Shown: piece by piece, positions 1 to 10,580 of the stretch
Numbering within the stretch: the stretch's first letter is position 1
How the letters are laid out: each line of letters opens with the position of its first letter
IMG/VR virus record: IMGVR_UViG_642918906_000001
Span: 32,001 to 96,000 of that record
Reading direction: 5' to 3' (one strand)
From: a virus
Taxonomy: Duplodnaviria > Caudoviricetes
DNA length: 64,000 nucleotides
The notes under the pieces: model-generated
The model's database searches: none
The model's input: the letters and a program-made list of their open reading frames with translations, nothing else
What the model was told of the DNA's origin: nothing
Program-made: the position numbers and the translations under genes

Positions 1-1163
<1,163 letters not shown>

Positions 1164-1164
1164 C

Positions 1165-1494
1165 ATGTCCAATTTCAAAAAAGGTGAAGGCATTGCAACT
1201 ATCACACCCGAGCCTTTTAGTAACCATCACCTTAAAGTTGGTAACCGTTATCAGGTAATGGTGTTGGCTGGAACTGAGGTGGTCGAGACTAGTTGGGTAA
1301 ATGTAATTCTGCCAGGCACTGTAGTACTACATGGTGAGATGGGTATCTATGCCTATCCAAATAACTGGTTCCGGCTGCATAGCCGATCCAAATTGTTCTA
1401 CACGCACTACAGCGAATTCTACGATGTACTGATCAAGGACGTCGATGGTCGAACTGTAGCTGCTTTGACTAACGTTGAGGTGATCCGTGAGTGA
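1165..1494 (+). CDS. Hypothetical protein
   Basis: Tightly packed ORF, AAGGA upstream. Confidence 0.75.
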   Translation: MSNFKKGEGIATITPEPFSNHHLKVGNRYQVMVLAGTEVVETSWVNVILPGTVVLHGEMGIYAYPNNWFRLHSRSKLFYTHYSEFYDVLIKDVDGRTVAALTNVEVIRE

Positions 1495-2026
1495 GATAAT
1501 CTTGACACCTACACCGGGTGTAATTACCTTAGGCGGGTTGGATAAAATACGACCTAAGGTAACCGTGTTGAATTGTTGGAACGCTGAGAAGTATCGTTTA
1601 CCCGTACCAGTGATTAGTTTCTGTGAATGGAATGGTCTGGCCCCTAATGAACGCCACACATATCCACTGGGTACTCACCATGTTGACGTCCAGCGTATTT
1701 ACTGCGATGACGTAGAGGATCAGATTGACGCGAGTTACAGACTGTTTGATTACATTGATGCGGTCAAGATCATTACGTTTCTTGACAAGCATCGTGGGCA
1801 AGACATCATGGTTCATTGTGCGGCAGGTGTTAGTCGTAGCCCTGCTTGCGCAAAGTTTATGTTAGATTACCTTGGCTACCGATTGGATGAGTTCAATAAC
1901 CATTCGAACTTCTTTGACCGGCATAATACTGTGGTCTACTATAATCTGAAACGGGCAATGCTCGATCATACTGGACCCATTGAAAGAATTAAGGCGGCGA
2001 GTTATGGCAAAGAAAAAGAAGTTTAA
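1487..2026 (+). CDS. Cys-based protein-tyrosine/dual-specificity phosphatase
   Basis: CX5R active-site loop VHCAAGVSRS, upstream acidic loop DDVED, C-terminal HNTVVY. Confidence 0.9.
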   Translation: MSEIILTPTPGVITLGGLDKIRPKVTVLNCWNAEKYRLPVPVISFCEWNGLAPNERHTYPLGTHHVDVQRIYCDDVEDQIDASYRLFDYIDAVKIITFLDKHRGQDIMVHCAAGVSRSPACAKFMLDYLGYRLDEFNNHSNFFDRHNTVVYYNLKRAMLDHTGPIERIKAASYGKEKEV

Positions 2027-2213
2027 AGGCAACAATGCTCAGTTGGTTGGTGACACTCGACTGACCAAACGCGAAATGAAAAAGTTCCAAGCAGTTTATC
2101 ACAACGTTAGTCGAGATAACGAGAAGCGTATGGAACAACACGCTATAGTCCAAGCGCAGGCTGGTACAGTCAACATTGGTGGCGTAGCTAATCTGGGTGA
2201 TGTAAATGCTTGA
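2004..2213 (+). CDS. Small basic hypothetical protein
   Basis: MAKKKKFK start, overlaps its neighbours. Confidence 0.65.
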   Translation: MAKKKKFKGNNAQLVGDTRLTKREMKKFQAVYHNVSRDNEKRMEQHAIVQAQAGTVNIGGVANLGDVNA

Positions 2214-2388
2214 ACTGGCAGTTAGCTTTTGGGGTTCAGTAGTATTTAATTTGTTCGTACTGGTATTCGGTATGATGCATCACCGCATTGACCTTAATAC
2301 CAATCGGTTCTATAACGGACTACTGTTACTCGGTACGATCGTAATGGTGTGTTCTGGTGTAGGTTGGGTATTTACCGGCGGAGGCTGA
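2206..2388 (+). CDS. Small two-TM membrane protein
   Basis: Two hydrophobic segments in 60 aa. Confidence 0.7.
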   Translation: MLELAVSFWGSVVFNLFVLVFGMMHHRIDLNTNRFYNGLLLLGTIVMVCSGVGWVFTGGG

Positions 2389-2389
2389 T

Positions 2390-2563
2390 ATGTCATCATG
2401 GGCGGCTTCATGGGGTTTAAATGGGTTGCTAGTATTGGCGGTACTCTACCTGTTCGCTTTTGCTGCGAGTAAGAATAAACGCGTACTGCACATCGCACTG
2501 GTATTCTTTCTAGGGCTAGCGATGTACGGTACTTTACCAGCGGATGCATTTATGTGTAGGTGA
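2390..2563 (+). CDS. Small two-TM membrane protein (57 aa, not in the ORF track)
   Basis: GGAGG SD. MSSWAASWGLNGLLVLAVLYLFAFAASKNKRVLHIALVFFLGLAMYG...; fills the gap exactly. Confidence 0.7.
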   Translation: MSSWAASWGLNGLLVLAVLYLFAFAASKNKRVLHIALVFFLGLAMYGTLPADAFMCR

Positions 2564-2566
2564 GTT

Positions 2567-3040
2567 ATGTCTAAGTTAAAGGCAAAGCTTGATCAAGCAG
2601 TTGCTGGAAACTTAGGTATCGAACTAGTCCCCAATTCAATCACTCTAAAAGAAATTGCGGATAAACCAGCATCCGTAACAGGTCTGATCCTAGCCTACGT
2701 GGAAGGTGATGATTACTGTTACGATGTGGTCCCCGTATGGCGTTACGTTAATGGGATGCGAATCAAGATACCTAGGTTCCACTCGCGTCCCATTATTGAG
2801 GCGCGATTAGCTAAACAGTTTTATCTCAGGTACTACGCTTTGTTTGATGGTAAGCTATGCCCATTAAAGGTGAGTAAACCCTCTGACCTAAAAGCTAGGT
2901 TACCTTTCAAAGTGCGTGAGGACGACTTGTATCGTTCCACGGTTATTTCACCAGACGCTGTAATGGGCTTACGAAAGAAGCCATTACTATTCCATAGACG
3001 GAGAGTTAACTATGAACTACAAGCTTCGATTCTGGCATGA
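2567..3040 (+). CDS. Hypothetical protein
   Basis: AGGTGA SD, operon packing. Confidence 0.75.
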   Translation: MSKLKAKLDQAVAGNLGIELVPNSITLKEIADKPASVTGLILAYVEGDDYCYDVVPVWRYVNGMRIKIPRFHSRPIIEARLAKQFYLRYYALFDGKLCPLKVSKPSDLKARLPFKVREDDLYRSTVISPDAVMGLRKKPLLFHRRRVNYELQASILA

Positions 3041-3386
3041 ACTGTTTCAAAATCTGATTGGCGTGCACCTCGTTAATGGCTGCCATTTTGACGGGTTCCT
3101 GATTAAGGGTGAAGGTAATTCGTTTATGCAGTTGGAACGACTTGACTATTCAGCCACTAGCCCAGAGCCTTTCCTGCGATATACTTTCAAATCGCCAGAA
3201 GGTGGTGACATCATCTACAGTGTAAATAACAAACCTGATGGTGGGATGGAGACAGTGGTAGACCGTGTGCGTGATGCCAATGGGGTAATTCAACTACTAG
3301 ATGGTCCTAATCTAATTGCTGAGGAAGTCATGCAGGATGTTTATCTCCACGCTGTAAAACTTATGGCCACCATTTGGTATACCTGA
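3012..3386 (+). CDS. Hypothetical protein
   Basis: GGAG SD, operon packing. Confidence 0.75.
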   Translation: MNYKLRFWHELFQNLIGVHLVNGCHFDGFLIKGEGNSFMQLERLDYSATSPEPFLRYTFKSPEGGDIIYSVNNKPDGGMETVVDRVRDANGVIQLLDGPNLIAEEVMQDVYLHAVKLMATIWYT

Positions 3387-3393
3387 GGTTAAA

Positions 3394-3666
3394 ATGAATC
3401 GCCAAGAGCAATTTAAACAGTTGGTTGAAGAGTGGCTTGAACTGGATCTCCCATACACCTGCACTTCACTTGATCTTTACACCAGTGTTCGGATTGAGCG
3501 TAAGGCTGACACCGTGGTGTTCAGTAGTAAACGTGCGGGTCAAGTAGGTGAACTGGGTATGGCTCAGATCAAAGATGGGAAAGTCGATGGTATGGTTTAC
3601 GTAAGTTCCACACCACATCTGGGTTTGATGTTGTTTGGTCTAGAGAAATCAGTAGAAGCTAACTAA
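3394..3666 (+). CDS. Hypothetical protein
   Basis: GAGG SD. Confidence 0.75.
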   Translation: MNRQEQFKQLVEEWLELDLPYTCTSLDLYTSVRIERKADTVVFSSKRAGQVGELGMAQIKDGKVDGMVYVSSTPHLGLMLFGLEKSVEAN

Positions 3667-3744
3667 TGTCAACTAGGGCACTCGTCGATCAGGTTGAGAC
3701 GGATGCCTATTTAATGCTTTATGAAATCCGTCAAAGGTGTAGAA

Positions 3745-3990
3745 ATGAGCGTCAACAAACTTTTACTGAGTCTGATTGCAGTAGCTTTACTGGTGATAGC
3801 GTTCGGGCAGAGTCGCCATGTAATGGAGATCAAGAACTATCTGGTCCCATCCAAATCCGACATTATCCTAAACGTATCCCATTCAGATGAAGCTTACCGT
3901 AGTTGTCTTCGTAAAGTCTCAGCGGGCGTTGGCGTAGTTAATATCAATCAAATGCAAAAATGTGCAGAGGATACCGGGTATGGAAAATGA
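3745..3990 (+). CDS. Single-TM/signal-anchored protein with a two-Cys domain
   Basis: Hydrophobic N-terminus, S-x-E-AYRSCL...QMQKC. Confidence 0.7.
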   Translation: MSVNKLLLSLIAVALLVIAFGQSRHVMEIKNYLVPSKSDIILNVSHSDEAYRSCLRKVSAGVGVVNINQMQKCAEDTGYGK

Positions 3991-4234
3991 CATGCGCTTC
4001 TTAGAGCGTAAACCAAATGTTTGGATGTGGATCTTTCTGATCGTGCTGGTAATGTCAGCTACGCAGTGCACGATTAAAACCGAAGAGAGTAAAGTTGCCC
4101 AAGCCAAACTAGAAGACGACTGGAACAACTCGCCTGAGAAGGCATTTCGCTTCTGTCTCGTTACGGTAGCCGGTGAATCGGGTACAGCCACTCCTGAGCA
4201 AATCAATGCATGTAACAAAGCGGCGGGGCGTTAA
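3980..4234 (+). CDS. Single-TM protein, paralog of the preceding gene
   Basis: TM segment then SPEKAFRFCL...QINAC. Confidence 0.7.
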   Translation: MENDMRFLERKPNVWMWIFLIVLVMSATQCTIKTEESKVAQAKLEDDWNNSPEKAFRFCLVTVAGESGTATPEQINACNKAAGR

Positions 4235-4235
4235 G

Positions 4236-4451
4236 ATGGAAGATAAAACAGATGTAGTTGTCGAAGCGCCTAAACAGAAAGGTATTGACCTTAGCTGGGT
4301 TTTCTTTGGAATGCTTGCAATGTCAATTGGTAGTTGCAGTGGTATGACTGCCCTAGGTAATGCATACCAGAGAGCTGAAGAATACAAAGCTGATAAACAA
4401 CTCCAGATTACTCAACTTCAAATCAAACATCAGGAATCGAAACATGACTAA
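4236..4451 (+). CDS. Single-TM protein with coiled-coil tail
   Basis: WVFFGMLAMSIGSCSG hydrophobic stretch. Confidence 0.65.
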   Translation: MEDKTDVVVEAPKQKGIDLSWVFFGMLAMSIGSCSGMTALGNAYQRAEEYKADKQLQITQLQIKHQESKHD

Positions 4452-5085
4452 GCGTAATATCGCTATTGCAAACTTTAGTCCATCCGTGGTAGAAGGCTCC
4501 AGCTGGCCGCGGTTCACTGGATGGAAAATGGTCGGTAAGCCATATATTGAATCGGGACTGTTTGGACTGATTGATAAGGGTACCCGCATGCATCGGTTCT
4601 TTAAAGACACCACTTTCGAAGATGTCCTTGCTAACCAACTGGTTTACGAGTACCAGACTAGTGTCCGAGGTACGCCACTTTCGATTGAGTATTACGAAGA
4701 CCGTAAAATGGGTGCTGAGATCATTATGGCACCACCTCGGTCATTGGATTTCAGTGTTCGTTGGTTGCCTCCATATCAGTACATCGATAAAGACTATGTT
4801 GAGTGGGATGTCTACGTAGTGATCACTGGTGAAGATATTTATATCCGTGGTGACTTCCAGCAAAGCTTTATTGCTCGTGGTTATTGGGATATGGAGATCT
4901 GGAAGCCAAAGTTCGAAATTGGAGAAGCCTGGAACGACATCAAGACGATCGAACAAGCAACTATCAACTATGTGGTTGCTTCAGGTTATCCTGCTATGGG
5001 TTGCATCAACCGTATTGGCGACGATGGTCCACGCGAATACGTAGTTAAAGATGTCTATCAGGAAATCCCAGGATACCAAGCTTGA
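4444..5085 (+). CDS. Hypothetical protein
   Basis: AGGA SD before ATG 4444, followed by a terminator. Confidence 0.8.
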   Translation: MTKRNIAIANFSPSVVEGSSWPRFTGWKMVGKPYIESGLFGLIDKGTRMHRFFKDTTFEDVLANQLVYEYQTSVRGTPLSIEYYEDRKMGAEIIMAPPRSLDFSVRWLPPYQYIDKDYVEWDVYVVITGEDIYIRGDFQQSFIARGYWDMEIWKPKFEIGEAWNDIKTIEQATINYVVASGYPAMGCINRIGDDGPREYVVKDVYQEIPGYQA

Positions 5086-5094
5086 ATTAAGTAA

Positions 5095-5142
5095 CAGCAT
5101 AAAGCCTCTCCTTCGGGAGAGGCTTTATGTCGTTTTCTTTTT
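5095..5142. terminator. Bidirectional hairpin terminator between convergent genes
   Basis: GCATAAAGCCTCTCC-TTCG-GGAGAGGCTTTATGT, then a T-rich tail. Confidence 0.9.
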
Positions 5143-5147
5143 ATTCC

Positions 5148-5972
5148 TTATTGTGCTGCCAAGATAGTTCGGACGTGAGTACGATTACCTTCAGGGTCGT
5201 TGAAGTTACGGAGGATCTTCTGACACTTCTTAAGTTGCTCGTCGTAAAGATCATTCATCTCGGACCATTCGTAAACCTTGTCACGGAATACACCAAGTTC
5301 TTGACCACCACTCAGTTGAGCTTCGCCCATGCTAATGAACATCTCGTTGTAACAATGCGCTTTAACAGCGTACTCAAACAACTTAGCAAAAGCAAGCCAA
5401 CTAGGTTGACGGATGTTATTGAGTTCATCATCGTTACCTAAGCGACACGCTAGATAAGCCGTAGCCGAAGGCATGAAGATAAACCGAACCATAAAGGTGT
5501 TGTGGTTAATCAGACCTAAGTAACTAGTCTGAGCAACAGGTGCCTTACGTGCAGAGTCTAATACCTGACGAGTAGCTGCGGTCATGGCCGATTCATTAAA
5601 CGTCATGGCGTAGCCAGTGTTCTGATACCCTAAGATACCAAAGTGGATACTGTAAAGTTGGACGATCGGTCGACCTTGGGTGTATTCATCTGGCACGTAA
5701 TAAACTGTAGTGTATGGATCTACGTATTGAGCACGTACCGGATAGTCTAATGGAATAAACGTCTTAGTGCCACCGACGATCTCAAGGTCGGGTTTAATCC
5801 GCCCTTCAATCACGATCTCCTTAATACGATGTTCCATCGATACGTTAACACCACAACCAGACGTAGTCAGACTAAGATCATCGCCATCCGTAGAACTAAC
5901 GAATACCTGATTTAAAATCTGACGCGGAATGCGGGGTCGAATGTAATTAAGAGCATATTGGATAACACTCAT
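5148..5972 (-). CDS. Conserved phiKZ-like hypothetical protein
   Basis: 274-aa ORF, AGGA SD, isolated minus-strand gene. Confidence 0.85.
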   Translation of the reverse strand: MSVIQYALNYIRPRIPRQILNQVFVSSTDGDDLSLTTSGCGVNVSMEHRIKEIVIEGRIKPDLEIVGGTKTFIPLDYPVRAQYVDPYTTVYYVPDEYTQGRPIVQLYSIHFGILGYQNTGYAMTFNESAMTAATRQVLDSARKAPVAQTSYLGLINHNTFMVRFIFMPSATAYLACRLGNDDELNNIRQPSWLAFAKLFEYAVKAHCYNEMFISMGEAQLSGGQELGVFRDKVYEWSEMNDLYDEQLKKCQKILRNFNDPEGNRTHVRTILAAQ

Positions 5973-6072
5973 GTGCGTTCGTTTCCTGTATCGTGTTATA
6001 GAGGCCTTCCCGAACGTGTAGATATACTAGAGCTACGTATATTATACGAAGAGGGAAGCGTAATTCAAATAA

Positions 6073-6096
6073 TTTCAAATCTATATCATGAAGGTG
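6073..6096 (+). promoter_or_regulatory. Variant early promoter (TATATCAT core)
   Basis: TTTCAAATC-TATATCAT-GAAG-GTG aligns with the TATATTAC-Tnnn-GTG family. Confidence 0.6.
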
Positions 6097-6115
6097 AATA
6101 ATTATCGAGACGTGT

Positions 6116-6541
6116 ATGATGACACTGGAACCAATACCACCACATGTGCTACTCACTTATGATATTCGAACAGCACTGAGTAAGATCGATCTATATCCGA
6201 TCAAGCATTATGCGCTGACTCGATATCAGAATGAGCACAACATCAACCCTGATTTCGCAATGTTGATTCCACAGGGGTCTCCAACCGATCAGAAGTTGAG
6301 AGCGATTGAAGCACAGATCATTGATGACTTGATCATCACCATGATTAATAGCTTTGAACATACATGGATTCAACGCGACCTTCGACACATTACTTTAGAA
6401 GAACAAAGTTTCTTCAACACTCAATCTGACTTCAGACATGAGTTGTTTATGTGTGTACGCATTCAACCCGAATATGCAGGAGTATTCGCTCACTATCAAC
6501 GAATCAGTGAGTCGATCTTCTTGGCAGTTCCTAAGTACTAA
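6116..6541 (+). CDS. Hypothetical protein (operon gene 1 of 7)
   Basis: ORF directly after the promoter motif. Confidence 0.8.
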   Translation: MMTLEPIPPHVLLTYDIRTALSKIDLYPIKHYALTRYQNEHNINPDFAMLIPQGSPTDQKLRAIEAQIIDDLIITMINSFEHTWIQRDLRHITLEEQSFFNTQSDFRHELFMCVRIQPEYAGVFAHYQRISESIFLAVPKY

Positions 6542-7596
6542 TGGCGGAAGCAATGGAAAACTCTAAACGGTTTATTGTGCTTGAGGCACAAGACCAAGCG
6601 AATAACTTGGTTGACTACATCGAGTGGCTTGCACTCACTCAACCCGATCTAGGCCTCAAGGCTATTACTCGTAGGGAAGCATCCAACATTGTTTATCTGT
6701 TGGTGCGTGACATCGTGGATTATCAGTTGGCACACAGACCACTGAATCCTGAAAACGTAGAGATGATTGTAAGCATCCTGTTCGGTACACCGAAGAACAA
6801 ACTTACTCCAGACCTTACTAAACGCTACGCCCGTGTTACCGAAGAACAGATGTGGCAAAGCATCGTTTCCACCATTCGTAAACAAGTTCATCAAACTGTA
6901 AAGTACGATACCTGGGTTGAATGGAATGTTGTTAAAGCGGGTACTCTGGTAGGTCTGGCTGAAGGTGAAGATCATCGGATCACTGAGTATCATCGTGAAG
7001 CCAAAGCTGTAGACGATGAAGATGAATCGATTCTTACCTTGAACTGTAAGAACCCTATCAACTATCTATACAGTGAGTTCTCTAAACGGTACGGGTCTAA
7101 CTTTGCCCAGCTACGGTTAATGTTGAATGATCCAAATACCAAAATGGATAACTTCTATCGTAACCTTCTCAATAAGTTTATCCAAGATCCAACTGAATAC
7201 ATCATCGGCTTGTTCCTAGACACGCTGATTATGATGCACCCACAGATGGAGCTCGCATCCTGCTCACCAAAGCGTAGCATGTTTATTGAACGTGCACTGG
7301 GTATTCATGACATGAGTAGCTTCCAATCCCGTACTGTACAAAAGCTGATCATGGCTTTCGGTATGAATTGGTTCAACCATGAGATCAAGAAAGACGAACA
7401 ATACATTGTTGAGTATTATCAAGCAACTCACATCATGGCAATCTTCAAGAAAACCTATTCGAGCCTCACTGAGAAATATGAAGCTGATCTGGTAGTTGCC
7501 TTGGTACGTGGGGATTACCTACCACCTGAAGAACGTAAGCTGGCTGAGAAGCTTTATCAAGAGCATCCACAGCTTCACGTTAACTTGGCACCTTGA
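6541..7596 (+). CDS. Hypothetical protein, possibly two similar domains
   Basis: 351 aa, TAATG coupling. Confidence 0.85.
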   Translation: MAEAMENSKRFIVLEAQDQANNLVDYIEWLALTQPDLGLKAITRREASNIVYLLVRDIVDYQLAHRPLNPENVEMIVSILFGTPKNKLTPDLTKRYARVTEEQMWQSIVSTIRKQVHQTVKYDTWVEWNVVKAGTLVGLAEGEDHRITEYHREAKAVDDEDESILTLNCKNPINYLYSEFSKRYGSNFAQLRLMLNDPNTKMDNFYRNLLNKFIQDPTEYIIGLFLDTLIMMHPQMELASCSPKRSMFIERALGIHDMSSFQSRTVQKLIMAFGMNWFNHEIKKDEQYIVEYYQATHIMAIFKKTYSSLTEKYEADLVVALVRGDYLPPEERKLAEKLYQEHPQLHVNLAP

Positions 7597-8039
7597 TGAA
7601 TATACTGATTGCTCACGAGAGCTACCCAACTCATAATTGGGCACACGATTGGTGGCCAGTGGTGTCGAGCTTCTTCCCAAGGCAGAAGCTCCTCCACACC
7701 ATCGCTACTCTACTAATGGTGAAAAATGACGATACCGCTGGTGAAACCTATGATGAAGCAATTAATGAAACAATCGATGAACTCATTGGTCGTCGGTGCT
7801 CTGACGAAGACGAAGAGAATCCAGTCCCAACTCTCACCGATGACGAAAGACATCAAGTGGCCGAGTACTTGCGTGACGCTGTCAAAGCGATGCATCCATA
7901 CATGCCTGACACTGGGGCGCTTGAACTCGTCACCTATGTAAGTGAACCTGAAAACGACAAGTTCTATCTGGTAGTGAGGTATTGGCCTGAAGATGAGCAT
8001 TCTAGTAAGGCTTTCGCCAGCCCTAGTGTACGGGGATAA
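7596..8039 (+). CDS. Hypothetical acidic protein
   Basis: TGATG coupling. Confidence 0.8.
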   Translation: MNILIAHESYPTHNWAHDWWPVVSSFFPRQKLLHTIATLLMVKNDDTAGETYDEAINETIDELIGRRCSDEDEENPVPTLTDDERHQVAEYLRDAVKAMHPYMPDTGALELVTYVSEPENDKFYLVVRYWPEDEHSSKAFASPSVRG

Positions 8040-8385
8040 ACTGGGTCTCGTTGAACTGCTCGGGGACAAGGTTGGATTGAGTGTAAGCGACATCAACGAT
8101 TCGATGATCGCTTACTTCGAGTACAACTACTTCAATTGTCCATTTACCTTTAGCGATAAAGATATTGTAGATCAGTACTTCATGGGTGATCCCATGGGGT
8201 ACGATTTGCTTTATGCCGTAAACGCTAGGTTTCCTGAGATCAACGCATATATTCCAGACGGTGTTAAAAGCATTCGTTATGCTCGAACACTTAAAGATGG
8301 TTTCTATTTAATTTGCGAGCCTGACGATGAACACGTTACTGACGTTCGACTCAACCCCCTTCACCAAACATTTAGTGAAGGCTGA
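7993..8385 (+). CDS. Hypothetical protein, paralog of 7596-8039
   Basis: YIPD...FYLI vs YMPD...FYLV. Confidence 0.8.
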   Translation: MSILVRLSPALVYGDKLGLVELLGDKVGLSVSDINDSMIAYFEYNYFNCPFTFSDKDIVDQYFMGDPMGYDLLYAVNARFPEINAYIPDGVKSIRYARTLKDGFYLICEPDDEHVTDVRLNPLHQTFSEG

Positions 8386-8788
8386 TGATCGTAATATGAT
8401 TGATTACATCATCCGTGAATATGGCCCAGCTTTACAATACGCATTAAGTATGTTTAACGGTGACGCTGAGTTTAATATCCGAGCTCATTATCAGGATGCC
8501 TACTTTAAAGCTATCTTGATGACTGGTAATGATTTCCACAGTGACTCGGCTAATCAAACTAAGTTGTTCCGTAGACGACTAGTAGATGAAGATGGTAATG
8601 TGCATTCAACTAAAGGACGGTATGATGAATTGGTGGATGCATGTATCTTACATTTCAACAGCCAGATCATGGCAGTCCTTAGAGGTGTTCAGGAGCAAGC
8701 ACGACAAATTTATACTGTGGATGTTGTAGGTTATGAGAATAGAACCCTTAAGATCATACTTAAAACAGATGGAGCAATCCAACCATGA
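8327..8788 (+). CDS. Hypothetical protein
   Basis: Overlapping operon gene. Confidence 0.8.
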   Translation: MNTLLTFDSTPFTKHLVKADDRNMIDYIIREYGPALQYALSMFNGDAEFNIRAHYQDAYFKAILMTGNDFHSDSANQTKLFRRRLVDEDGNVHSTKGRYDELVDACILHFNSQIMAVLRGVQEQARQIYTVDVVGYENRTLKIILKTDGAIQP

Positions 8789-9615
8789 GCAATACACGTA
8801 ATATAGGTATGTTGATCCACCATGGTGAACTGGACCACATATTAACCAGTATGTCGGATTCATTGCGTAATGCGGCATACAAGGTAGCGACTGAAATCGC
8901 TCCCAAAGGCAGTCAGAAATACGACGAGTACTTTGATGAGGACGGTACTCTACGCGGGTATGATGTCGATACCAACAAAGCGTTGTTACGAGATTGTCTG
9001 GATCATTACGTTCAGTTTGCTAACTGTACTACCGATCGAACTGACTTCAACTATTATCTAGAGACCAACTTTCAATTAGTCCAGAACTACGTTAACCAAC
9101 GACCAGAGGTTATCTCTTATCTGACTAGCCTATTCGCAACAGCCTGTGGTATTCTTTCGAGCGTGTTGCAACCAGTGATTGAGAATATCTATTCCACTGG
9201 ACAGATGGTTGATAAGATCGAATCTTTCGTAACAGGACCTGAGAATACCTACTATCTTGTGTACGGCGAAGATATCGATAATGTCGAGACCTACGACGCA
9301 AAGGAAGATGACCTCAGTGACGTAGACGTAAGCCAGTCTCCTGAGGAACTCGCACGGCTTAAAGTAATTGAGGAACAACGTCGTCAACAAGAACGAGACG
9401 ATGCCGCTGAAGCTAATTATACAAAAGCGTTGCATGACCTACTGGGTACCAACGACGAAGTATGTGAAGCATTGCACAACAGCAAATACCTTGGTCCCGC
9501 TTCTGCGACATACCGTAAACATCTGTCAAACCCACACAACCTTACTATAGCGGACGCTTCACTCCCTGCTCAGCCGATGGGAGTGAACCTTGTCTGGCAG
9601 GCCCCTGGAATGTAA
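8785..9615 (+). CDS. Hypothetical protein (syntenic with the phiKZ gp47/gp48 import-factor region)
   Basis: GGAG SD, ATGA coupling, lies upstream of the DNA polymerase gene. Confidence 0.8.
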   Translation: MSNTRNIGMLIHHGELDHILTSMSDSLRNAAYKVATEIAPKGSQKYDEYFDEDGTLRGYDVDTNKALLRDCLDHYVQFANCTTDRTDFNYYLETNFQLVQNYVNQRPEVISYLTSLFATACGILSSVLQPVIENIYSTGQMVDKIESFVTGPENTYYLVYGEDIDNVETYDAKEDDLSDVDVSQSPEELARLKVIEEQRRQQERDDAAEANYTKALHDLLGTNDEVCEALHNSKYLGPASATYRKHLSNPHNLTIADASLPAQPMGVNLVWQAPGM

Positions 9616-9620
9616 GCCAT

Positions 9621-10007
9621 ATGAACTTTCTAATAACCATGGATGCACAAGAGCATATTGCTCGGATGGCAACCAACTTCCGTCAAAAGCAAGAAGAAGA
9701 ATTAAACCTCCTGAAGGATTCACCGAACCAAGCAACCTATCTGGATATGCTCAGACTAAATGATCGGGGACTCGCATTACGTGGACTTCAAGAATACGTA
9801 TTGTTATTGATCAATGAGTATCATCGAGTTATGGATGATGATGACCTAATTGAGTCTATTGCTGATGGTACCATCGACCCAGACTTAGACGCCGTCATAA
9901 AAACAATCGCTTCGATCGAGGAAGCTGAACCATGGGCACAAGTACTCAGTATAGTACCGCTTGATTTCAATGGTACCATCGGTGCAGTAGTTACCAATAA
10001 GGGATAG
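9621..10007 (+). CDS. Hypothetical protein
   Basis: Last gene of the operon. Confidence 0.8.
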   Translation: MNFLITMDAQEHIARMATNFRQKQEEELNLLKDSPNQATYLDMLRLNDRGLALRGLQEYVLLLINEYHRVMDDDDLIESIADGTIDPDLDAVIKTIASIEEAEPWAQVLSIVPLDFNGTIGAVVTNKG

Positions 10008-10048
10008 TTTCCTAAAGATATGTATCCCTTAACTAATGGTAACGCTAC

Positions 10049-10453
10049 ATGGACATTCAAGAAATCCCACCTGGGACAGTAATCTCATTCGAGGTATATC
10101 CATCTTCTCAATACGGAAACAACTTTCAGTCGGTGACTCTGTTAGGTATGTTCAATGCGGCAATTGCCCGCAAGTTAGGCTTTGACTACATTGCCGCTAA
10201 CCAGAGCGTATACCAAACACTTCCATCGGGTACCCCAATTGATCCGACCCAATATAACTATTTCCAGATTCAATACCCGTCTGGGGAAACTGAGATTTTG
10301 GGAGCACCATGGATTCGTGCTGGTACGCTAACCATTAACTCCGGTAAGCGCCTAACTGTAGTTATCGACAACATCGATGAAACAGTCAAGGATCGAGTCA
10401 TTGCAGCCATTCTCGCACAGAACGTTAAACCAAGCTCGACTACATTTGTATGA
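10049..10453 (+). CDS. Conserved phiKZ-like protein (gp49-like by synteny)
   Basis: 134 aa, TATG motif upstream, followed by a terminator. Confidence 0.8.
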   Translation: MDIQEIPPGTVISFEVYPSSQYGNNFQSVTLLGMFNAAIARKLGFDYIAANQSVYQTLPSGTPIDPTQYNYFQIQYPSGETEILGAPWIRAGTLTINSGKRLTVVIDNIDETVKDRVIAAILAQNVKPSSTTFV

Positions 10454-10455
10454 CT

Positions 10456-10499
10456 AGATGCCTCTCCTTCGGGAGAGGCTCTATGTCGTTTTTTATTTT
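10456..10499 (+). terminator. Hairpin terminator
   Basis: GCCTCTCC-TTCG-GGAGAGGC-TCTATGTCGTTTTTT. Confidence 0.88.
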
Positions 10500-10514
10500 G
10501 TACATTAGAACGTT

Positions 10515-10538
10515 TCTAAAGCCTATATTACTTTGGTG
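10515..10538 (+). promoter_or_regulatory. Early (virion RNAP) promoter
   Basis: GCC-TATATTAC-TTTG-GTG. TATATTAC is the phiKZ early promoter motif. Confidence 0.8.
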
Positions 10539-10580
10539 TAGTTGAGGTAGAAAATCCCTTCAATCTGTAGGAGTGATACC

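Noticed and set aside
3666-3890. 74-aa ORF coupled by TAATG
   Set aside because: Overlaps the better-supported membrane gene 3745-3990 by 146 nt. Possible but not supported enough
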